From Acidobacteriota bacterium (GTDB taxonomy: Bacteria > Acidobacteriota > CAIWXX01), in contig JBFMAF010000010.1 of the NCBI GenBank assembly GCA_040755995.1, forward strand, positions 353,837 through 417,836: a DNA stretch of 64,000 nt, given 5' to 3'. Position numbers and translations under genes: made by a program. Below are positions 31,311-40,512 of the stretch, one piece after another; position 1 is the stretch's first letter, and each line of letters begins with the position of its first letter. The notes beneath the pieces are model-generated. The model worked only from the letters and a program-made list of their open reading frames with translations, had not been told where the DNA came from and did not search any database.

Positions 31311-32465
31311 ATGGCCATGCTGACCCGCGCCGACTGGGAAGCTTACGAGGCCTCGAATCTGGCTCCGTGGGCCATGAAAAGCGCGGAAAGTCGCGGAAGG
31401 CGATACCCCGAGGAGGAACACCCGCTCAGAACCTGCTTCCAGCGCGACCGAGACCGGATCGTCCATTGCTCCTCATTCCGGCGCCTGGAATACAAGACGC
31501 AGGTCTTTGTGAATCACGAGGGTGACCACTACCGGACACGTCTCACGCACACGCTCGAAGCGGCCCAGATCAGCCGCACGATCGCCCGGGCGCTCCGCCT
31601 GAACGAGGACCTGACGGAGGCCGTGGCGCTGGCGCACGACCTCGGCCACACCCCCTTCGGCCACGCCGGTGAGGATGCCTTGCGCGAGCTCATGCGCGAC
31701 CACGGGGGTTTCGAGCACAACCGGCAGAGCCTCCGTATCCTCGAGCTCCTCGAACGCCGGTACCCGGAGTTCCCCGGCCTGAACCTCACATGGGAGGTCC
31801 GAGAGGGGATCATCAAACACTCGCCCGGCCACGAGCAGCTGGGGGATTCCGAATACGAGCCCGACCAATCGCCGTGCCTCGAGGCCCAGTTGATCGACTT
31901 CTGCGACGAAATAGCGTACATGAGCCACGACGTCGACGACGGAATCGCCAGCGGGATGCTCGATTTGGCGGGCCTCGACCAGGTCCGGCTGTGGGGTGAG
32001 ACCTATCGAAATGTCAAGTCGTTGTATCCGGAAGTCGACGATCACGTGCTGCGCTACCAGACCGTACGGGGCATCATCAACCGCCTGGCAACGGATCTCA
32101 TCGAGGAAACGGATCGGCGCATCAGCAGTAGCCGGGCGGCCGCCGGAGACGCGGGGCGCCGCTCCGAACGCCACGTGGGATTCACCGTCTCGATGCTCGC
32201 CACCAAGAACGAGCTCAAGGACTATCTGTTCGAGAACCTCTACCGCCACTACCGTGTCATCCGCATGGGAGACAAGGCCCGGCGCATAATCCGAGATCTA
32301 TTCGAGGTCTACCTCTCCAACCCGAAGCAATTCCCGCCGCAGATGCAGGCGCGCCTGGCGGCGGGCGACCGCCACCGTGTGATCTGCGATTACATCGCCG
32401 GCATGACCGACCGCTTCGCTCTCGACGAACACCGCCGGCTATTCGACCCCCACGAACGCGTATGA
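31311..32465 (+). CDS. dgt: Deoxyguanosinetriphosphate triphosphohydrolase (HD domain)
   Basis: FQRDRDRI, RRLEYKTQV, RTRLTH, HDLGHTPFGHAGE, DYIAGMTD. Confidence 0.95.
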   Translation: MAMLTRADWEAYEASNLAPWAMKSAESRGRRYPEEEHPLRTCFQRDRDRIVHCSSFRRLEYKTQVFVNHEGDHYRTRLTHTLEAAQISRTIARALRLNEDLTEAVALAHDLGHTPFGHAGEDALRELMRDHGGFEHNRQSLRILELLERRYPEFPGLNLTWEVREGIIKHSPGHEQLGDSEYEPDQSPCLEAQLIDFCDEIAYMSHDVDDGIASGMLDLAGLDQVRLWGETYRNVKSLYPEVDDHVLRYQTVRGIINRLATDLIEETDRRISSSRAAAGDAGRRSERHVGFTVSMLATKNELKDYLFENLYRHYRVIRMGDKARRIIRDLFEVYLSNPKQFPPQMQARLAAGDRHRVICDYIAGMTDRFALDEHRRLFDPHERV

Positions 32466-33388
32466 AACAGAAGCCTGAATCAAAGGACCGTTTCCGAAGA
32501 CTGCTGGCCTGCCAGGAGTGCAAACGGCAGTGGGACGTGACTCAGTACGAGGTCGGTCAGAAACTGCGCTGCACCTGCGGCTTTCTCCTGGAGGTCGTCA
32601 GGATGCAGCCCCGCGCTCCGGAGGTGCAGCACTGCGAGTCCTGCGGCGCCCTGCGCAAGAGATCGAAGGTGGCGTGCGAGTACTGCGGAGCCGTCCCGAC
32701 GCTGGTGGCATCCAAGATGGGGCTGGTCTGCCCGTTTTGCTTCTGCCGCACTGCCGACGACAGCAAGTATTGCCAGTCATGCGGCAACGTGATCCAGCCA
32801 GGCACGCTGGATGCGGCCACCGGGAGGCTGCGCTGCCCAAGATGCTGCAAGGCCGCTCTCGCGAACCGTCAGATCGGTGCGTTCACCGTTGAGGAGTGCC
32901 CGGCATGCGGAGGCATGTGGATCGCGCAAGAGACCTTTGAGCGAATAGTGAACCAGCAGGTGGAGCAGCGCGAGGAGAAGGAATACGCGCACACTGTGAA
33001 GGTGTTCGGAGAGCTGAGCGAAGTGCAGTACGTGAAGTGTCCCGAGTGCATGCGTCACATGAATCGGCACAACTTCGCACGCGCAAGCGGCGTAATCATC
33101 GACGAATGCCGCCAGTGCGGCATATGGTTAGATCACGACGAGCTCGAGAAGATCGCCGCCTATGTCGCCACCGGCGGGCTCAGACGCACCAAACAGATCG
33201 AGTTGCGCGATATGGAGGAAAAGGCGCAGCGCCTGCGGGCGCAGATCGCGGCCCGGAGCAGCGCCGGTTCAGATCTGGGGTTGCCGATCCTGGCCCAGAC
33301 GCGCACGCCCGCCGACGCCGTGGTCATCACCGATGTGAGCGGCTCGGTGCTCGACGCCATCGCCGGGCTTTTCGGCAGGCTCAGGTGA
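32462..33388 (+). CDS. Multi-zinc-ribbon protein (double zinc ribbon plus two zf-TFIIB-like units)
   Basis: Nine CxxC and one CxC; ECPACGGMW, DECRQCGIWLDHDEL; ATGA overlap with dgt. Confidence 0.8.
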   Translation: MKQKPESKDRFRRLLACQECKRQWDVTQYEVGQKLRCTCGFLLEVVRMQPRAPEVQHCESCGALRKRSKVACEYCGAVPTLVASKMGLVCPFCFCRTADDSKYCQSCGNVIQPGTLDAATGRLRCPRCCKAALANRQIGAFTVEECPACGGMWIAQETFERIVNQQVEQREEKEYAHTVKVFGELSEVQYVKCPECMRHMNRHNFARASGVIIDECRQCGIWLDHDELEKIAAYVATGGLRRTKQIELRDMEEKAQRLRAQIAARSSAGSDLGLPILAQTRTPADAVVITDVSGSVLDAIAGLFGRLR

Positions 33389-33438
33389 GGGCGTGGAGGT
33401 CGGCCCGGCAGGCCAAGGAGCCGGCCCGCCCTCGGGAT

Positions 33439-34125
33439 TCATCGAGCCACGATCGTGCGAAGGGCCGCGAGCTGCTCCGAAGGGTCGAAGATAGCCCTCA
33501 CAGGGATCTCGAACCCCATCACGGCAACGCTCGCGATCATTCCTGCGCTGGCCTTGATCGAGAGCTTGTACACTCCCTCCTCGAGCAGGTATTGCTCGAC
33601 AGTCTGCCGGACAGCATCCACAATCCAGTACTCGCGCACACCGTGCGCTGCATAGTCCTCGAACTTGACACCCCGGTCGGCAAGCTCCGTTGAATCTGAA
33701 ATCACCTCGACAACGAAATCCGGCGCGGGGTACTTCATCTGGCTCGGAGTGATGTGCGAGGCCTTCTCGTTACCGAAGAAGCAGATGTCTGGCTCATAGT
33801 CGTTGCGTGTCAAGGTCACGAGCGCCTTCTCATGATGTACGATGCCCAGTTCATTCTGGCGGACGTGCATCTTCAGCAAAGTGAAGAGGTTCTCACTGGC
33901 CTCGCTGTGCGATTCCTTGACCGGTGATTGCACGATTACCTCCCCATTGATGAACTCGGCTGTCTGCTGATCGCTCACCACATCATAGAAATACTGGCGT
34001 TTGAGGGCTTCAGCTTCGAGTGCCGCCTCCAGTTGCCTCACGGCCCCGGGCAGTCCTGGCGAGCGGAGTAGCAACTGTACAGCCTGCTCCGTTGAAGCAG
34101 GCAAAGGAATCGCATCCGTAGCCAT
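33439..34125 (-). CDS. Uma2-family PD-(D/E)xK endonuclease
   Basis: EFINGEV, EPDI, PDFVVEVIS, DRGVKFEDYAAHGVREYWIVD. Confidence 0.9.
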   Translation of the reverse strand: MATDAIPLPASTEQAVQLLLRSPGLPGAVRQLEAALEAEALKRQYFYDVVSDQQTAEFINGEVIVQSPVKESHSEASENLFTLLKMHVRQNELGIVHHEKALVTLTRNDYEPDICFFGNEKASHITPSQMKYPAPDFVVEVISDSTELADRGVKFEDYAAHGVREYWIVDAVRQTVEQYLLEEGVYKLSIKASAGMIASVAVMGFEIPVRAIFDPSEQLAALRTIVAR

Positions 34126-34304
34126 GATCAGAGTATAGCCGACGGTAGGGCGAGCAGCAACGAGCGTTCGAGCACTCGACACCACGACACGGTGGGGTCG
34201 TGCGTGAGTGTGCCGCAGTCATGCCCGACCCGTCGCGCCGCTGAGGCCACACGGCGGGCCTTCGTTGGGACGATACGCTACCGTCTACCTCTCCGGGCGG
34301 GCGC

Positions 34305-34784
34305 TCACCGCGCGGCGGTGGATGAGACCTCGCTTGCTTCGCCGGCGTCGGTCGAGTACCTAAGGGTGGTGCTCTTGTACTTCAGGTCGATGCTCTCTTC
34401 CGCCTCCCCGTCCGTGTAATCCAGGCTGTATTCGACGATCTCGGCGTCCCGGATCAGGATCGACAGGTAGATGTGCTGGCTGCCCGCAAGATTCCTCTGG
34501 AAATCCACCTGGATCTCATCGAACTGCCTGCTCTGCGCCAGCGCATTGAACAGCGCCGGCGAGGACCTGGCGTCGACGCGCTTCTGGAAGGTGGCCTTGA
34601 GCGAGGTCTTCGACACTCCCGCGGGATTTCCCGCATCGAATCCGAAGTCGCTGGCCTCGATCCACTTCGGATGATTCGGGTCGCTGCTGGTGCCCTGGAT
34701 GCCCGGAATGCGAATGAGCACCGCTTCGTCCGCACACAGCGATGCCGAGAGCAAGACGATTGCAGCCGCCGTGATTGCCTTCAT
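34305..34784 (-). CDS. Hcp (T6SS tube)-fold protein with N-terminal signal peptide, orphan
   Basis: IPGIQGTSSDPNHPKWIE, KRVDARSSPALF, EESIDLKY; MKAITAAAIVLLSASLCA leader; GGAGG RBS. Confidence 0.75.
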   Translation of the reverse strand: MKAITAAAIVLLSASLCADEAVLIRIPGIQGTSSDPNHPKWIEASDFGFDAGNPAGVSKTSLKATFQKRVDARSSPALFNALAQSRQFDEIQVDFQRNLAGSQHIYLSILIRDAEIVEYSLDYTDGEAEESIDLKYKSTTLRYSTDAGEASEVSSTAAR

Positions 34785-34987
34785 TGCCCCACCTCCTCGT
34801 GTTCTGTCGGGGATTCTATGCCACCCGGAACCAATGTGAAACCTTTTCGCGATTCGCGTGCCGGTCACGGCATAGCCTTCATCGGGCCGGAAGGCCGCGC
34901 GGGCGATCTACTTCGGGTCGGGCACGTGTCGGTCCCGCAGCCCGTCGTTCGCACTCCGCAGCGTGCCGTCCGCATCGTGATCGTCCC

Positions 34988-35033
34988 GACGCATATTGCG
35001 ACAGCGACCTGCGACGGTGTTGCATGTTGCGTC
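34988..35033. promoter_or_regulatory. Two imperfect palindromes, candidate sigma54 enhancer (UAS) sites
   Basis: GACGCA-TAT-TGCGAC (34988-35002) and GTTGCA-TGT-TGCGTC (35019-35033), 31 bp apart. Confidence 0.55.
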
Positions 35034-35157
35034 CTCCTCTCGCGTGAGCGCCCGGGCCTGGGCGCTCTCTGCAAAGGCCTCTCGATTGCTGCTCACGGCA
35101 CGGCGAGGGCCTGCGCGTGGCAGAAGCAGGCGGACGCCGGCCGCGCCGACCCGCGCT

Positions 35158-35173
35158 TGGCACGTGTCGCGCA
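35158..35173 (+). promoter_or_regulatory. Putative sigma54 -24/-12 promoter
   Basis: TGGCACG-TGTC-GCGCA; GG and GC correctly spaced; -12 box deviates from TTGC. Confidence 0.55.
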
Positions 35174-35246
35174 TATCCGAAGCGAAGGCCAAAAGTGGCC
35201 AAAACGCCACAAGCGCAAAAACCGCCGAAGGCCTTGGGAGGACGAG

Positions 35247-35654
35247 CTGAAAAGAAGGAGCCCGGATGCAGTCTCGACCGGCCAGGCCGCGCGGTTCTGC
35301 TATGTCACGCCGGAGACGATCGTGAACTGGATACGGTCCAATCAGCTCAGAGCGCAGCGCACGGCGGGCGGGCAGTATCGAATCCGCACGGAGGAGTTGA
35401 GGGAGTTCATGACGGCCAAGGGAATGGCGACGGCTCTGCTGGACGCCGAGAGAGACGTGCGGCCGTATTGCTGGGAGTATCACTGCGAAGAAGCCGGGCG
35501 CTTCGGATCGGTTTGTGATTCATGTCTCGTTCACAGGTCCGGCACGCTGAACTGCTGGGAGCTCCACGGGCTTCTGCCCCTCACCTCGCGCCGCGTCGAT
35601 CGGTGTGCGAATTGCGACTATTTCCAACGATACGGATCGCACGGACATGAGTAG
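35247..35654 (+). CDS. Excisionase/MerR-type HTH regulator with Cys-rich two-CW C-terminal domain
   Basis: STGQAARFCYVTPETIVNWI...RTAGGQYRI; CWEYHC..CDSC..CWE..CANC; CTG start inferred from GGAGG. Confidence 0.78.
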   Translation: MKRRSPDAVSTGQAARFCYVTPETIVNWIRSNQLRAQRTAGGQYRIRTEELREFMTAKGMATALLDAERDVRPYCWEYHCEEAGRFGSVCDSCLVHRSGTLNCWELHGLLPLTSRRVDRCANCDYFQRYGSHGHE

Positions 35655-37167
35655 CCCGGCCGCGCGGTCACATCCACACCCCGCGTTGACGGATACGGAG
35701 GTGCAAGCGCTGGTGAAGGAGCACCTGTTCGAGCAGGCACCCATCATGATCGCGCTGCTGGACAGCGAGTGTCACGTAGTGGCGGGCAATGCGTCGTTCC
35801 GGAGGACGTTCCCGGAGTGGGCGCATCAGCGATGCTATCAGCTCTTCAAGAACAGCATGCGACGCTGCCCGAGCTGCGTGGCGTTGAAAACGCTCCAGGA
35901 TGCCAAGGTCAGAGTGCACGAGGAGATCATCGCGAAAGACGGCGTCGAGCCGACGCAGTACGTGGTGCGTGTTGCGAGGCTGGGCCCGTCGGATACCTCG
36001 CCGCCCGCACTGATAATGTGGATGGCATCCGAAGTCACCGAGGCCGTGAGCCTGCTGAAAGAGAACGAGCTGCTGTTCGAGCGGGTGCCGTGCTACGTGA
36101 CGGTGCTCGATCGCAATCTTCGGATCGTCCGGTCGAATCGGAAGATGAAGGAGACCTTTGGCGGCCGCAAGGGCGAGCACTGCTACCGCGTGTACAAGCG
36201 GCGGGACTCGCCCTGCCCCGGCTGCGCCACCCTGATGGTGTTTCGAGATGGAGCGGACCACACCGCAAGCCAGGTGGGGGTGAGCGCGACTGGCGAAGAG
36301 GTGCACTACATAGAGAGCTCCTCGGCGCTCGTGCGTGAAGGCGGCGGGCGGGTCAATCGGGTGATTCAGATGTCGACCGATGTCACCAACCTGCACCTGC
36401 TGGAGAAAGAGAAGATCGAAGCCGAGCGGATGGCCGCGGTCGGACAGACCGTGGCCGGGCTCGCCCACGGGATCAAGAACATACTCATGGGTGTCGAGGG
36501 CGGCGTATACGTTCTGCAGTCGGGACTGAGGCAGAACAATCCAGCCCGGCTCGACACCGGCGTCGAGATGCTCAGCCGGAATGTTGAAAAGATCTCGGCG
36601 CTCGTCAAGAACCTCCTGAGCTTTTCCAAGGGGACGGTGCCGCACGTCACGCTCACCGACCCGAACAAGGTGGCCCGCGAGATCCTGGAGCTCTACGGAC
36701 AGACCGCGCGAAAGGCCGGTATCGAGCTGCGGGCAGAACAGCAGGAGGGGGTTGAGCCGGCTGCGCTCGACGCCGAGGGAATCCACACGTGCCTGGCCAA
36801 CCTTGTCTCGAATGCGATCGATGCATGCCAGTGGAGCGAGAAGAAGGGATGCCGCGTGACCCTGAAGACCTCCGAAGAGAACGGCGTGCTCTGCTTCGAA
36901 GTGGCGGACGACGGCTGCGGCATGGACTACGATGTCAAGAAGAAGATCTTCACCACCTTCTTCACGACCAAGGGCTCAGGGGGCACAGGTCTGGGGCTGC
37001 TCCTCACGCGCAAGATCGTGCAGGAGCACGGCGGAAAGATACTCGTGGATTCAGAGCCCGAGCGCGGCACCACATTTCGGATACTCCTGCCGCGAAATCG
37101 TCTGCCCCGGCCGACGGGCGATTCGGGAATCGGCGGCGAAGGCGGATCGGCCGGAGCTGGTGCATAG
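35647..37167 (+). CDS. Cytoplasmic two-PAS sensor histidine kinase
   Basis: AGLAHGIKN H-box, NLVSNAIDA, DDGCGM, FFTTK, GTGLGL. Confidence 0.92.
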   Translation: MSSPAARSHPHPALTDTEVQALVKEHLFEQAPIMIALLDSECHVVAGNASFRRTFPEWAHQRCYQLFKNSMRRCPSCVALKTLQDAKVRVHEEIIAKDGVEPTQYVVRVARLGPSDTSPPALIMWMASEVTEAVSLLKENELLFERVPCYVTVLDRNLRIVRSNRKMKETFGGRKGEHCYRVYKRRDSPCPGCATLMVFRDGADHTASQVGVSATGEEVHYIESSSALVREGGGRVNRVIQMSTDVTNLHLLEKEKIEAERMAAVGQTVAGLAHGIKNILMGVEGGVYVLQSGLRQNNPARLDTGVEMLSRNVEKISALVKNLLSFSKGTVPHVTLTDPNKVAREILELYGQTARKAGIELRAEQQEGVEPAALDAEGIHTCLANLVSNAIDACQWSEKKGCRVTLKTSEENGVLCFEVADDGCGMDYDVKKKIFTTFFTTKGSGGTGLGLLLTRKIVQEHGGKILVDSEPERGTTFRILLPRNRLPRPTGDSGIGGEGGSAGAGA

Positions 37168-38562
37168 ATGGGCTCCACCCTCCTCGAGGACGAGACGAAG
37201 GCCCAGGCCATGCCACAGAACGCGACCGAGATCATCCTCGAAAGCATCTCGGACGGGGTGTTCACGGTCGATCACGATTGGCGTGTCACGTCGTTCAACA
37301 GGGCGGCGGAGGAGATCACCGGTGTGCTTCGGCAGGATGCGATCGGCAGGCGGTGCTGCGAGGTGTTCCGGTCGAACATGTGCGAGTCGCAGTGTGCGCT
37401 CCGCAGCACCCTCGACACGGGGGTCCCTGTCATCGACCGTTCCGGCTTCATCGTCGACGCGGATGGGTGCCGCATTCCCGTCAGCGTCTCGACCGCCGTG
37501 TTGCGCGACGATTCCGGTGCGGTGATCGGCGGTGTGGAGACGTTCAGAGATCTGAGTGTGGTCGAGGAGCTGCGGAAGAAGATCGAAGGACGCTACGAGC
37601 TCGGGGATATGGTCAGCCGCAGCCCACTGATGCTGAAGCTCTTCGACATGCTTCCTCAGGTGGCCTCAAGCGACAGCACAGTGCTGATCGAAGGGGAGAC
37701 GGGGACGGGCAAGGAACTGGTGGCGCGCGCACTCCACGGCCTCAGCACCCGGTCCGACCGGCCGTTCGTGGCAGTCAACTGCGGCGCCCTGCCGGACACT
37801 TTGCTCGAGTCCGAGCTCTTCGGGTACAAGGCGGGCGCGTTCACAGGTGCATCGAAGGACAAGCCGGGCCGCTTCGCTCTGGCCGAAGGCGGCACGATCT
37901 TCCTGGACGAAATCGGCGATATCAGCCCGGCGCTGCAGGTCCGCCTTCTCCGCGTGCTTCAGGAACGCGCCTACGAACCGCTCGGCGGCACGCAATCCGT
38001 CAAGGCAAACGTGCGCGTTCTCACCGCCACAAATCGCAACCTGGGCGAACTGCTGACATGCGGCTCATTCCGTCAGGATCTCTACTACCGCATCAACGTT
38101 ATGCGCCTGGAGCTCCCGCCCCTGCGCGCGCGGAGGGAGGACATCCCGATTCTGGTGGAGCATTTCGTCCGGAAGTACAACCGGCTGCAAGGGCGCGGTG
38201 TGTCAGGGGCTTCGCGGGCGACCATGGCCATATTGCTTGCACATGACTACCCCGGGAACATCCGTGAGCTCGAGAACATCATCGAACACGCATTCGTTCT
38301 CTGCCAGGAAGCCCCAATCGAGCCGTCCCACCTGCCGGACCATCTGACCGCCCGGCGTCGGTTGCCGAGCCTCCCGGGCAGCCTCGGAGGTACGCTGCAC
38401 GCCGTTGCATCCGAAACGATCCTGGAGGCGCTCAAGCGAAATCACTACAACCGGATCGCCGCCGCCCGGGAGCTGGGCATTCACAAGAGCACGCTCTTCC
38501 GGAAGATCAGGGCCCACGGCATCCAACTCCCGCCGCCGTCACGGCGGGGGAAGGAGAAATGA
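37168..38562 (+). CDS. PAS-domain sigma54-dependent enhancer-binding protein (Fis HTH)
   Basis: GETGTGKE, ESELFG, GAFTGA, FLDEIGD, PGNIREL, C-terminal HTH. Confidence 0.95.
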   Translation: MGSTLLEDETKAQAMPQNATEIILESISDGVFTVDHDWRVTSFNRAAEEITGVLRQDAIGRRCCEVFRSNMCESQCALRSTLDTGVPVIDRSGFIVDADGCRIPVSVSTAVLRDDSGAVIGGVETFRDLSVVEELRKKIEGRYELGDMVSRSPLMLKLFDMLPQVASSDSTVLIEGETGTGKELVARALHGLSTRSDRPFVAVNCGALPDTLLESELFGYKAGAFTGASKDKPGRFALAEGGTIFLDEIGDISPALQVRLLRVLQERAYEPLGGTQSVKANVRVLTATNRNLGELLTCGSFRQDLYYRINVMRLELPPLRARREDIPILVEHFVRKYNRLQGRGVSGASRATMAILLAHDYPGNIRELENIIEHAFVLCQEAPIEPSHLPDHLTARRRLPSLPGSLGGTLHAVASETILEALKRNHYNRIAAARELGIHKSTLFRKIRAHGIQLPPPSRRGKEK

Positions 38563-38990
38563 TCATGGACAGCACAAAGGGTCGCCGCAGGCCGAAGATT
38601 CTGGTAATCGACGACGAGCCGGATATCCTGTCGTTTCTCACCGTGCTGCTGGAGGATTCTCAATATGGGGTCGTCTCGGCAGACAACGCGGCCGACGGCC
38701 TGGCGTTGGCGAGGCGCGAAGTCCCCGATCTTGTCTGTCTCGACATCATGATGCCCGGCAGGTCCGGCATCAGTCTGTACCGGACGATCAAGCGGGATCA
38801 GCTCCTCGGCTCAATCCCCATTGTCATCATCAGTGCCGTGGGATCGGCGCAGAGTTTCACCGGCAGCGAGTTTCGCAAGACCGTCCAGGACGACTCCGTT
38901 CCCGAGCCGCAAGCTTTCTTCGAGAAGCCAATCAAGGCGGCTGAGCTTGTGGCCTACATTGATTCGTTCTTCGCGGGTCTGCAGAGGTAA
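38559..38990 (+). CDS. Single-domain response regulator
   Basis: LVIDDE, LDIMMP, EKP. Confidence 0.9.
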   Translation: MIMDSTKGRRRPKILVIDDEPDILSFLTVLLEDSQYGVVSADNAADGLALARREVPDLVCLDIMMPGRSGISLYRTIKRDQLLGSIPIVIISAVGSAQSFTGSEFRKTVQDDSVPEPQAFFEKPIKAAELVAYIDSFFAGLQR

Positions 38991-38994
38991 GCCG

Positions 38995-40512
38995 ATGGCA
39001 CTGCCGGCACTGAATGAGTGGTTCTACGAGAACCTCTTCAACAACGCGGCCTTCAGCGTCGCAGTCGTGGACCGGGATTACCGAATCGTGGCCGCCAACG
39101 CCGAGTTCGAACGGCACTACGGCCCATGGGAAAGCCACAAGTGCTTCGAGGTGTACAAGGGCCGGGCGGACCTCTGCCCCGGCTGCCAGGCCTCGCTGGC
39201 GTTTTCGGACGGCATGCAGCGGGTCTCAGAGGAGACAGGCGCGGATTCTGACGGCAATCCGAGGTTTTACCTGGTCAACTTCCTCCCGCAGAGATCTCCC
39301 GGAGGCGAGATCTCATACGTCATCGAGATATCCATCGATCTCACACAGAGAGTGATGATCGAGCGGGAGTACCGCCAGATATTCGATCACTCGCCATGCT
39401 ACATCACGGTGCTGGACCGGGCTTTCCGCGTCCTCAAGGCGAACCACCGCTTCCTGGAGAAGTTCGGTGGGAGGGAAGGCGCCTACTGCCACGAGTTGTT
39501 CAAGAAACAGAAGGGCCGCTGTGCGGACTGCCCTTCGATGAAGGTGTTCGACTCGGGCGAAGTCCATGAGTCACTCCAGACCGGCCTGGACAAGGATGGC
39601 CGCACCACGCACTACCTCCTCACCGCCGCTCCGTTGCTCCGAGATGCCGGCGGCCGGGTGCTGCGCGTGACCGAGATCGCGCTCGACATCTCGGAGATGC
39701 TGAGTCTCAAGGACCGGCTGAAGCAGGTGGAGCAGGAGAAGCTGGAGGCCGAGAGGCTGGCTGTGGTCGGCCAGACAGTGGCCGGGCTGGCGCACGGCAT
39801 CAAGAACGTAGTGATGGGCCTTGAGGGCGGCCTGTATGTTGTGCATTCGGGGCTGCGAAGAGACGACGGCCGGCTGGTCGAAAGCGGCTGGGAGATGCTC
39901 AACAACAACATCCAGCGCATGTCCGCCTTCGTGCGCGAGTTCCTCAACTTCGCGAAGGGCACGAGACCTGAGGTCCAGTGGGCCGAGCCCTTGTCGATTG
40001 CCGAGAGGGCGGTTGAGGAACATCGGAAAGCGGCCAAACAGGCGGGCATCACCATCGAGACCGATCTCCGGGGCCCAATCGACAAGGCTCCGATGGATGC
40101 AGAGGGGATTCAGATGTCGATCTCGCGGCTGATCTCGAACGCGATCGACGCGTGCCTGGCCAGCGACAGGAGATACCACAACATCCAGGTCCGGTGCCAC
40201 GAGGAAGACGGAACGATCTACTACACAGTGGAGGACAACGGGTGCGGGATGGACTACGAGGTGAAGAACAAGGTGTTCACGAGCTTCTTCACGACCAAGA
40301 GCTCCGGCCAGGGGACGGGCCTAGGCCTCCTCACAGTACGCAAGGTAGTCCATCAGCATGGAGGGCGCGTGAGCTTCAATTCGACCGCTGGAAAAGGATC
40401 CACGTTCACGCTCGCATTCCCGCGCGAAAGGCTTCCGCGCATTCCGGATGCCCGGGATGACGAGATGGTGCCGGGCCATGGTGGGGGTGCAGAGTCATGG
40501 GAGGAGAGATGA
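38995..40512 (+). CDS. Second two-PAS sensor histidine kinase (paralog of 35647-37167)
   Basis: EAERLAVVGQTVAGLAHGIKN, SNAIDAC, DNGCGMD, FFTTK, GTGLGL. Confidence 0.92.
   Translation: MALPALNEWFYENLFNNAAFSVAVVDRDYRIVAANAEFERHYGPWESHKCFEVYKGRADLCPGCQASLAFSDGMQRVSEETGADSDGNPRFYLVNFLPQRSPGGEISYVIEISIDLTQRVMIEREYRQIFDHSPCYITVLDRAFRVLKANHRFLEKFGGREGAYCHELFKKQKGRCADCPSMKVFDSGEVHESLQTGLDKDGRTTHYLLTAAPLLRDAGGRVLRVTEIALDISEMLSLKDRLKQVEQEKLEAERLAVVGQTVAGLAHGIKNVVMGLEGGLYVVHSGLRRDDGRLVESGWEMLNNNIQRMSAFVREFLNFAKGTRPEVQWAEPLSIAERAVEEHRKAAKQAGITIETDLRGPIDKAPMDAEGIQMSISRLISNAIDACLASDRRYHNIQVRCHEEDGTIYYTVEDNGCGMDYEVKNKVFTSFFTTKSSGQGTGLGLLTVRKVVHQHGGRVSFNSTAGKGSTFTLAFPRERLPRIPDARDDEMVPGHGGGAESWEER

Noticed and set aside
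31311..34125. dGTPase, zinc-ribbon protein and Uma2 nuclease as an anti-phage defence system
   Set aside because: The dGTPase looks like the short housekeeping type, Uma2 is convergent and commonly solitary, and no other defence genes are nearby.
34305..34784. A type VI secretion locus
   Set aside because: Only one Hcp-like gene; no sheath, baseplate, VgrG or ClpV genes in the window.
34473..35246. N-terminal 258 aa of the 393-aa ORF 34473-35654
   Set aside because: Overlaps the hcp-like gene antisense and the promoter region; only the part from ~35247 has recognisable domains.
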